Under the pieces are notes generated by a model. The model saw only the letters and a program-made list of their open reading frames with translations. It ran no database searches and was not told where the DNA came from. Made by a program: the position numbers and the translations under genes. A stretch of 64,000 bases of DNA, taken from Octopus sinensis (lineage: Eukaryota). Shown here piece after piece: positions 53,250 through 64,000 of this stretch. Every line of letters begins with the position of its first letter. The first letter of the stretch is position 1. The stretch is from assembly GCF_006345805.1 (NCBI RefSeq), contig NC_043020.1, forward strand, positions 10,106,001-10,170,000. The letters are read 5' to 3'.

Positions 53250-54597
53250 TAGTTATGTATGCATGCATGTATGAGCGCGTTTGTGTGTGTGTGTGTGCAT
53301 GCGAACCTACGTACGCACGTATGTATGTGTGTGTGTGTGTGCGTACGTACGTACGGATGTATGTATGTATGTACGTACGTACGTATGTATGTATGTATGT
53401 ATGTACGTATGTATGTATGTATGTATGTATGTACGTACGTACGGATGTATGTATGTATGTATGTACGTATGTATGTATGTATGTGTGCATGTATGTATGC
53501 ACGTATGTATGTATGCATGCATGCATGGATGTATGTATGTATGTATGTGTGCATGTATGTATGCACGTATGTATGTATGCATGCATGCATGGATGTATGT
53601 ATGTATGTATGTATGTATGCATGTATGTATGTATGTATGTATGTGTATGTATGCATGCATGCATGCATGCATGTATGTATGTATGTATGTATGTATGTAT
53701 GTATGCATGTATGTGTGCATGTATGTATGCACGTATGTATGTATGCATGCATGCATGCATGTATGTATGTATGTATGTATGTATGTATGTATGTATGCTA
53801 TTTCTTTACTACCCACAAGGGGCTAAACACAGAGGGGACAAACAAGGACAGACAAACGGATTAAGTCGACTACATCGACCCCAGTGCGTAACTGGTACTT
53901 AATTTATCGACCCCGAAAGGATGAAAGGCAAAGTCTACCTCGGCGGAATTTGAACCCAGAACGTAACGGCAGGCGAAATACGGCTATACATTTCGCCCGG
54001 CGTGCTAACGATTCTGCCAGCTCGCCGCCTTATGTATGTATGTAGGCATGCATGCATGCATGTATGTATGTATGTATGTATGTATGTACGTATGTATGTA
54101 TGTATGTATGTATGTATGTATGTATGTATGCATGCATGCATGTATGTATGTATGTATGTACGTACGTATGTATGTATGTATGTATGTATGTACGTATGTA
54201 TGTATGTATGTATGTATGTACGCATGCATGCATGTATGTATGTATGTATGTATGTACGTATGTATGTATGTATGTATGTATGTACGTATGTATGTATGTA
54301 TGTATGTATGTATGTATGCATGTATGTATGCATGCATGCATGCATGCATGTATGTATGTATGTATGTACGTACGTACGTACGTACGTACGTATGTATGTA
54401 TGTATGTATGTATGTATGTGTACGTACGTACGTACGTACGTATGTATGTATGTATGTATGTATGTAGTAGTATGTATGTATGTATGTATGTATGTATGTA
54501 TGTATGTATGCATGCATGCATGTATGTATCTATGTATGTATGTATGTATGTATGTATGTATATATGTATGCATGCATGTATGTATGTATGTATGTAT
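53250..54597. repeat. (TATG)n/(TACG)/(CATG) microsatellite with an embedded SINE
   Basis: Direct inspection. Confidence 0.95.
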
Positions 54598-54964
54598 TCA
54601 AGAAAAAATGCTTGAATTGGAAGAAACAAGTTACGACCGGTTTCACCATAAGTAATTTAGTTTACAGTTATTTTTAACCGTTGTTGGACCAAACTTGTAA
54701 ATATTGACGTACGCAACGCACCCTTTTTTGCGAAGCATCATGTATATTCTTGAAGTTGTTATATGTTTTTGACTGGCCAACTTCTTCTGGATATTGATTC
54801 CAGTTTGTATCGATCTTGTTCGACAAGACGTGATGTCTCATGAGCTTATTCCGTCGTTCATTGAATAATTGAATATCACAAATTCAAAAGAGATTATATT
54901 AGAATGGCGGCACACGCGCGGGCGCGCAGGCGCACAGACATTCATGGATGGATGAGTGGGTGGA

Positions 54965-54967
54965 GAG

Positions 54968-55006
<39 letters not shown>

Positions 55007-55077
55007 TTGACAGACAGAGACAGATAGATAGATAGATAGATTGATAGATGGATAGATAGACAAACAGATAGACAGAC

Positions 55078-55150
<73 letters not shown>

Positions 55151-55372
55151 TACAGACAAACAGATAGATAGATAGACAGATAGATTGATAGATAGACAGA
55201 TAGATAGATGGATAGATAGATAGATAGAAAGATAGATAGATAGATAGATAGACAGACAGATAGATGGATAGATAGATAGATAGATAGATAGATAGTAGAT
55301 AGATAGATAGATAGATGTATAGATAGATAGATTGACAGATAGAAAGATAGATAGATAGATAGATAGATTGAC

Positions 55373-55415
<43 letters not shown>

Positions 55416-55457
55416 CAGACAAACAGATAGACAGATAGATAGATATACAGACAGATA
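54965..55457. repeat. (GATA)n microsatellite
   Basis: Direct inspection. Confidence 0.95.
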
Positions 55458-57166
55458 CTATTTGCCCCACTTGTATATTTTTTTTAATTCTTTTACCTCT
55501 TATCTTGTTTCAGTCATTGGACTGCGGCCATGCTGGGGCATCGCTCTAGAGAGTTTAGTGGAACAGATCGATCCCAGTAATTTATCTTTTTGAGTCAGGT
55601 ACTTATTCTGTCGGTCATCTTTGCCGAACCGCTATGCTCCCAACTGTGGTCATCACAAAGCGTCAAACTAACCCTAGACCCTCGATGCTGCAGATGAGCT
55701 ACTGGGAGAGGCTGTGTGGTGAGAAGCTTGCTTCCCAACCACATGGTTCCGGGTTCAGTCCCACTGCATGGCACCTTGGGCAAGTGTCTTCTACTATAGC
55801 CTCGGGCCGACCAGAGCCTTGTGAGTGGATTTGGTAGACGGAAACTGAAAGAAGTCCGTCGTAAACATATATGTGTATATATTTATGTGTGTATGTTTTT
55901 GTTTGTCAGCCCCACCATCGCTTGACAACCGATGCTAGTGTGTTAGGCAAAAGAAACGGATAGAATAAGTACTAGGCTTGCAAGAAATAAGTCCTGGAGT
56001 TGATTTCTACGGCTAAAACCCTTTAAGGTGGTTCTAAGTGGGACAAATAGTAGTTATGGCGTAGGGGAAGTAACTCTTGTTAATTATCCCCTTCCCGCGT
56101 AGCAAAGAATTTTTAAGCAATTATGCGACGCTATATGTGGAAGCACTCCGTCGGTTACGACGATGAGGGTTCCCGTTGATCCGAATCAACGGAACAGCCT
56201 GCTCGTGAAATTAACGTGTAAGTGGCTGAGCACTCCACAGACACGTGCACCCTTAACGTAGTTCTCGGGGATATTCAGCGTGACACAGAGAGTGACAAGG
56301 CCGGCCCTTTGAAATACAGGTACAACAGAAACAGGAAGTAAGAGTGAGAGAAAGTTGTGGTGAAAGAGTACAGCAGGGATCACCACCATCCCTGCCGGAG
56401 CCTCGTGGAGCTTTAGGTGTTTTCGCTCAATAAACACTCACAACGCCCGGTCTGGGAATCGAAACCGCGATCCTATGACCGCGAGTCCGCTGCCCTAACC
56501 ACTGGGCCATTGCGCCTCCGTGATGCTATATAATTCTTCAGGGAAAATAATTTTGCGGAGATGCACTTGCATAGCAAGTGATTTGATCTGAGATCGTGTG
56601 CTGAAACGAAAACAATTGCAGCGTGGAAGGTGTTTATAAGCCATTTAAGAAACACACAAAAGCCGTTCGATTTACTTACTCTCTTTACTCTTTTTTACTC
56701 TTTTGTTTCAGTCATCTGACTGCGGCCATGCTGGAGCACCGCCTTTAATCGAGCAACTCGACCCCGGGACTTATTCTTTTGTAAGTCCAGTACTTATTCT
56801 ATCGGAATAATTATATACGAACCGCTAAGTAACGGAGACATAAACACACCAGCATCGGTTGTCAAGCAATGCTAGGGGGACAAACACAGACACACAAACA
56901 CACACACGCACATATATATATATACATATATACGACGGGCTTCTTTCTGTTTCCGTCTACCAAATCCACTCACAAGGCTCCGGTCGGCCCGAGGCTATAG
57001 TAGAAGACACTTGCCCAAGGTTCCACGCAGTGGGATTGAACCCGGGACCATGTGGTTGGTAAACAAGCTACTTACCACACAGCCACTCCTGCGCCTTCAA
57101 CATTTAAGTTTAATATGTCAAAATATTTTCGTCGCTTCAAGACCGCGACCTGTACAAGCACGGATC

Positions 57167-57217
57167 TTTGTCAGTGAACAGGTCGCGGTCTCAAAGCGAC
57201 GAAAATATTTTGACAAA
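57167..57217 (+). ncRNA. Type I hammerhead ribozyme, family 3 (G3:C8 core variant)
   Basis: tttgtca GTGAACA g gtcgc ggtctcaaa gcgac GAAA atat tt tgacaaa: 7-bp stem I, 5-bp stem II, palindromic AATATT stem III. Confidence 0.7.
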
Positions 57218-57459
57218 TTAAATTTAAATGTTGAAGTGAATCGAACGGCTTTTGTGTGTTTCAAAAATAATTTTCTTTCGCGGTTAAAGGTAAAAGGAAA
57301 AACTATGATACCAAGTTATTGAGAGCCAGCAAGCGAGTAGGAAGCAAAGCAATGTTACGTATATTGATTTTTTTAGCTAATTCTTGAAGATTTGAACGAG
57401 AATACGCAATTCGCTGTTGGCTGTCGCCTTTGGAGAACTACTTCTCCTTTTAGACGACA

Positions 57460-57848
57460 CTAGCAGTATCGCCCGGCGTTGCTCGGGTTTGTAAGGGAAA
57501 TAACTATATAAGCATTTTTAGAGAGTTATAGCCAAAAAATAGCAAAAAAATGGAAAAAAAATGATGGTAATTTTTTTTCTTTTAATCGTTGACTCATCAT
57601 AGGCATTTTTAGAGAGTTACTTCCCTTATATAATAGCGAAAAAATGCATTAAAATGGAAAAGAATGATGGTAAATTTTTTTAAAATTCGTAGACTCATCG
57701 TAGACGCGCGCTAATACCCAGAAGGGCTCGATATGAATCACGACTATAAGATACCCGGTTTTGGTTAAACTGCACCGCAAAATGTGGGAGTAGTTAGGAA
57801 TCTAAATCGTAGGAGACAGACACACAACTTGACTTTTATATATAAAGA
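57460..57848 (-). mobile_element. Non-autonomous Helitron
   Basis: Minus strand starts TC, ends CTAG, sits between A and T; subterminal GC hairpin cccgagcaacgccggg. Confidence 0.8.
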
Positions 57849-58442
57849 TTTTTGACAAGCCATGCTATACAGTGACGTCAACGGACAGAGAGACAAGGGT
57901 GTTTTGGCACAATCGTGCTTCTGTAGTCATGGACAACGCCTTAAAGTTGTTAGTTAAGGAGTTCAACAAAGAAAATATTTGCTGATGTCTTACTGTGTTA
58001 GCAGTGCGCGTGCGTGTGTGAGAGTGTTTGTGCATATGTGTAGTACTGCACTATTAAGAAGCATATTCTTAGGTATGTTTGTACATAGGCGCAGGAGTAG
58101 CGGTGTGGTAAGAAGCTTGCTTCCTAACTACGTGGTTCCGGGTTCAGTCCCACTGCGTGGTACCTGGAGCATATGTCTTCTCAGGCCGACCAAAGCCTTG
58201 TGAGCGGATTTAGTGGACGGAACTGGAGAATCCTGTCGTATATATATATATATATATATATATGGTGTGTGTGTATGTATGTATGTATGTATGTATGTAT
58301 GTATGTATGTATAAATATGCATGTGTGTGTGTGTGTGTGTGTCTGTGGCGTGTGTGTGCCTTTGTGTCTGTATTTGTGCTCCAGTACTGCTTGACAACCG
58401 ATGTTGGTGTGTTTAGTATATATATATATATATATATATATA

Positions 58443-59132
58443 CTAGCTGACGTACACGGTAATTCTCGGGAAAGCGGGGCTTATCCCTTGATTCCATTCT
58501 CATAATTATTTCGCTAATCCAATAACAACAATACACAGCATGTAGCCCCGAAAAGGGCTTTAATGCGTTCCCAGAGTATATTGAACTTAGGTGGAAATAC
58601 TAATAAGGTATATATACTAAAATCGTGAAGCATGTTACGTAATAACAGGCTAATCAGATATGAGATAATAAAAATAACTTTTGTGCGTTCCCAGAGAATA
58701 TTACCCTCATCGGCGCTAGTGTTGGTATATTCGTGAATAAGTCACTAACCGAAATAGGTGGATCTATTTTTTAGGCGAAAACTATTAACTTGTTTAAGGG
58801 TTGTCCTGGATAAATTGCGAAAATAACTCTAACAATTCAAATACTAAGAAATAAGCATATTCAATTCGATTTATACCAAATGATTTAAGAAAATGAATGG
58901 GCTATTTCCCTTGGCTGTTAAAATGAAATATATTAGATATATATAAGGATCCCTTCCAGGGGCCCTAGTATCAATTTTTTCAAGAATCTGAGTATGCCAT
59001 GAGATTTCCAGACATGAGTTCTACTCGCGTATCAAGTTTCATCAAGATCGATAAAACTATATAGGAGGAGTTAGCTAACAACACCACAAACGAACTCACC
59101 CACAGACAGAATTTCCCCACATATGTAGTAGA
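58443..59132 (-). mobile_element. Non-autonomous Helitron, second family
   Basis: Minus strand 5' TC ... imperfect hairpin cccgagaattaccgtg ... CTAG 3', A/T target. Confidence 0.65.
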
Positions 59133-59159
59133 TATAGATAGATAGACAGACAGAGAGAC

Positions 59160-59215
<56 letters not shown>

Positions 59216-59439
59216 GAAGTTTTTTTCTCCGTAACCTTTTATTTGTTTTTTCGCTTGACAAAGCGTTAATTATTAGTTACGTGATGAGTTGCTCTGGTAT
59301 GTCCCGCATGGTAGCAGTTCGACAAATATAATCGATAAAATATATTACAAACGGAAATAAATCCGTCATGAGTAAAACTTGAAAGCTGTGACCCACTCGG
59401 GATGGCTAGAAACCACACGCGAAAATACTGTTTGTGCAT

Positions 59440-59815
59440 GTTGTATGTATGTATGTATGTAATGTATGTATTATGTATGTATGTATTAATGTATGTATGT
59501 TGTATGTATGTATGTAGATGTATGTGTGTGTGTGTTTGTATGTATGTATGTATTTGTATGTATGTAATGTATGTATGTATGTATGTATGTATGTACGTAC
59601 GTACGTACGTATGTACGTACGTAGTATGTATGTATGTATGTATGTACGTATGTATGTATGTATGTATGTATGTATGTATGTATGTATGTATGTATGTATG
59701 TATGTACGTACGTACGTACGTATGTACGTACGTATGTATGTATTATGTATGTATGTATGTGTGTATGTATGTATGTATGTATGTATGTATGTATGTAGGT
59801 AGGTATATATATATG

Positions 59816-59849
<34 letters not shown>

Positions 59850-60996
59850 TGTATGTATGTATGTATGTATGTAGGTATGTATGTATGTATGTATGTATGT
59901 ATGTGTGTGTGTATGTATGTATGTATGTTTGTATGTGTATGTATGTACTTATGTGTGTATGCGTGTATGTAAGTATGTATGTATGTATGTATGTATGTGT
60001 GTGTGTATGTATGCATGTATGTATGTATGTATGTAGGTATGTATGTATGTAAGTATGTATGTATGTATGTATGTATGTGTGTGTGTATGTATGCATGTAT
60101 GTATGTATGTATGTAGGTATGTATGTATGTATGTATGTATGTATGTATGTATGTATGTGTGTGTATGTATGTATGTATGTATGTATGTATGTACGTATGT
60201 ATGTATGTATGTATGTATGTATGTATGTATGTATGTATGTGTGTGTGTATGTATGTATGTATGTATGTACGTATGTATGTATGTATGTATGTATGTATGT
60301 ACGTACGTACGTATGTATGTATGTATGTATGTATGTATGTTTGTATGTGTATGTATGTACTTATGTGTGTATGTATGTATGTATGTATGTATGTATGTAT
60401 GTATGTATGTATGTATGTATGTATGTAGGTATGTATGTATGTATGTATGCATGTATGTATGTATGTATGTATGTATGTATGTATGTATGTGTGTGTATGT
60501 ATGTATGTATGTGTGTATGTGTGTACGTACGTATGTATGTATGTATGTATGTATGTATGTATGTATGTATGTATGTACGTACGTACGTACGTATGTACGT
60601 ACGTATGTATGTATGTATGTATGTATGTATGTGTGTATGTATGTATGTATGTATGTATGTATGTATGTAGGTAGGTATATATATATGTATATCTGTATGT
60701 ATGTATGTTGTATGTATGTATGTAGGTATGTAGGTATGTATGTATGTATGTATGTATGTGTGTGTGTATGTATGTATGTGTATGTATGTACTTATGTGTG
60801 TATGCGTGTATGTACGTATGTATGTATGTATGTACGTACGTACGTACGTATGTACGTACGTATGTATGTACGTATGTATGTATGTATGTATGTACGTATG
60901 TATGTATGTATGTATGTAAGTATGTATGTATGTATGTATGTATGTATGTGTGTGTGTATGTATGCATGTATGTATGTATGTATGTAGGTATGTATG

Positions 60997-61027
<31 letters not shown>

Positions 61028-62150
61028 GTATGTATGTATGTATGTATGTATGTATGTATGTATGTATGTATGTATGTGTGTGTGTATGTATGCATGTATG
61101 TATGTATGTATGTAGGTATGTATGTATGTATGTATGTATGTATGTATGTATGTATGTATGTGTGTGTGTGTATGTATGTATGTATGTATGTACGTACGTA
61201 CGTATGTATGTATGTATGTATGTATGTATGTATGTATGTATGTGTGTGTGTATGTATGTATGTATGTATGTATGTCGTATGTATGTATGTATGTATGTAT
61301 GTGGTATGTACGTACGTACGTATGTATGTATGTATGTATGTATGTATGTTTGTTGTGTATGTATGTACTTATGTGTGTATGATGTATGTTGTATGTATGT
61401 ATGTATGTATGTATGTATGTATGTAGGTATGTATGTATGTATGTATGTATGTATGTATGTATGTATGTGTGTGTATGTATGTATGTATGTGTGTATGTGT
61501 GTACGTACGTATGTATGTATGTATGTATGTATGTATGTATGTATGTATGTGTGTATGTATGTATTTATGTATGTATGTATGTATGTATGTATGTATGTAT
61601 GTATGTATGTATGTATGTGTGTGTATGTATGTATGTATGTGTGTATGTGTGTACGTACGTATGTATGTATGTATGTATGTATGTATGTATGTATGTATGT
61701 ATGTATGTACGTATGTATGTATGTATGTATGTATGTATGTATGTATGTACGTACGTATGTATGTATGTATGTATGCATGTATGTATGTATGTATGTATGT
61801 ATGTATGTATGTATGTATGTATGTATGTATGTACGTACGTACGTATGTATGTATGTATGTATGCATGTATGTATGTATGTATGTATGTGTGTATGTATGT
61901 ATGTATGTATGTATGTATGTATGTATGTATGTATGTATGTATGTACGTACGTACGTATGTATGTATGTATGTACGTATGTATGTATGTATGTACGTACGT
62001 ATGTATGTATGTATGTATGTATGTATGTATGTAGGTAGGTATATATATATATGTATATATGTGTGTCTGTGTGTGTGCATGCATGTATGTATGTTTGAGT
62101 ATGTATGGATGGATGCATGCATGCATGCATGTATGAATGCATGTATGTAT
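59440..62150. repeat. ~2.7-kb (TATG)n compound microsatellite
   Basis: Direct inspection. Confidence 0.97.
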
Positions 62151-62710
62151 AGATGGACCCTTGAGTGTGTTTGTATGTATGTGGGTGCGTATGTATGTAC
62201 ACACGTATGATTGTTTAAGTGTGTGTGTGTACGTATGTGTGTGATATGTAAATGGGAGATATGCGTGTGATCTACTGTGTGTGTGTGTGTGCGTGTAATG
62301 TACTGTGGATACGTGTGCATGTGTAAGAGACATGCTGTTTAAGCTAGTGACTATGTGTGTGTGTGTGTGTGTGCATGTGTATGTGTGTGTGGCGTGTATG
62401 ATGTGTGGTGTGTATGATGTGTGCATGTATATACCTCTGTGATGTGCTGTGTCTATATATATAAGATGCATTCTGTATGTGTATGCATGCACTATTAAGA
62501 ATATGCATAAGCTATCAATGCCGATGGTGACAACTCCAATATTTAATGTTCTCACATTTAAACCAATAAATCTCAAGTGATACAGAAAAGTGTTGCCAAA
62601 ATGGCTTTGAAAATAAACCTTATCGTCTGCAATTTGATTGAGGGAGATTTTTCTAATAGACATTACTAAAATATGAATGAGAACCTTCCTCTATTACTCT
62701 ATCACTATAG

Positions 62711-63215
62711 TTCTTTCTTTTTTTCTTTCTTTCTTTCTTTCTTTCTTGCTTTCTTTCTTTCTTTCTCTCTCTCTTCTATTTCCTCCTCCTTATCTATATC
62801 CTGATCTGACTCTCTCTTCCTATCCGTCCCTCTCTCTCTTTCTCTCTCTTTCTGCTTTTTGTTTTCGCCCTCGTTATCTCCTTATCTATCTCGGAATCTC
62901 TCTCTCGCTCTTTCTCCCTCTCTCCCTCTCTCACTCTCGCTCTTTCTCCCTCTCGCTCTTTCTCTCTCTCTCTTCTTCTCTTTCTTTCTCTCTCCCTCTC
63001 TCCCTCTCCCTCTTTCTCTCTCTCCCTCTCACTCTTTCCCTCTCGCTCTTTCTCTCTCTCCCTCTCGCTCTTTCTCCCTCTCGCTCTTTCTCCCTCTCGT
63101 TCTTTCTCTCTCTCTCTCTCCCTCTCGCTCTTTCTCTCTCCCTCTCTCTCTCTCCCTCTCCCTCTCGCTCTTTCTCTCTCTCCCCCCCCCCCTCTCTCTC
63201 TCCATCTCTCTTCTC
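62711..63215. repeat. Polypyrimidine (CT-rich) tract
   Basis: Direct inspection. Confidence 0.93.
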
Positions 63216-63414
63216 TTACTGCCCTCTGTCTCCACTTCGCTCTATTGTTATACACCTCACCATTACTCCTCAAAACCGACCCTGCATTTCTCTGCCATTC
63301 CTCTTCAGCTTTCCATCACCCACCTTTTTGCACTACACCCCTCCCCCCACTATCCATGGTATTGTACGTATGTATGCGTATGTGTGTGTGTGCACATATA
63401 AGTGTGTGTGTGTT

Positions 63415-63447
<33 letters not shown>

Positions 63448-63543
63448 GTAGGTGTGTATGTGTATGTATTTATACATGTCGATATGCATATATATGTGTG
63501 TATACATGTATATACATGTGTATAAATGTATATATATATATAT

Positions 63544-63586
<43 letters not shown>

Positions 63587-63612
63587 TATAGTTATGCATG
63601 TGTATGTATATG

Positions 63613-63643
<31 letters not shown>

Positions 63644-63705
63644 AGGTGTGTATGTATATGTATTTATACATGTCGATATGCATATATATGTGTGTATACA
63701 TGTTA

Positions 63706-63756
<51 letters not shown>

Positions 63757-64000
63757 CCGCTTATCACGTATTTTCTCTTGATTCACACTCGTGTGTGTCG
63801 TCTGCTTTCAACAAATGTCTTTTTTTTTTCTCCTCCATCCCTTTTTGCCTCTTCTCTAACTCCCCCCCCCCTCTCTCTCTCCTCCCTTTATTTCTATCTA
63901 TATTTCTCCCTCCACTGTCCCACTTTCCCCCATGGCTTTTCCTTCTACTGTTACCGATCTGCTAATGCGTTGTGTGAGCAAATTTCCTGAATTAACCATG

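Noticed and set aside
59402-62663. Long ORFs up to 623 aa (YVCM/HTYI repeats), also at 43035-44857 and 53219-55470
   Set aside because: Translations of TATG/CA/GATA microsatellites that lack stop codons; no coding signature

Overview
AT-rich, repeat-saturated eukaryotic DNA. The SINE, microsatellite and intron style strongly suggests a coleoid cephalopod (Octopus-like); this is inferred, not proven. The only host gene I can support is the 3' part of nicotinate phosphoribosyltransferase (NAPRT) on the + strand. It has six in-frame GT-AG coding exons from 20979 to the stop at 43004, plus a candidate 45-nt cassette exon at 17050. Introns and the downstream region hold tRNA-derived SINEs, RTE/CR1/Tx1 LINE remnants, mariner/Tc1/piggyBac/pogo relics, two non-autonomous Helitrons, a ~10 kb 22-bp minisatellite, a 123-bp CR1-derived array and large TATG/GATA/CT microsatellites. 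The most notable signal is three unrelated families of non-coding repeats carrying minimal type I hammerhead-ribozyme folds, in tandem and/or fold-back arrangements typical of Penelope-like elements and retrozymes. They are: a 551-bp unit in 3.2 tandem copies plus an inverted copy (four hammerheads); a (TA)n-embedded family with an A6U core; and a family with a compensatory G3:C8 core swap. Almost all long ORFs in the supplied track are microsatellite or SINE artefacts. Exon and hammerhead coordinates were counted base by base; most other repeat boundaries are approximate.
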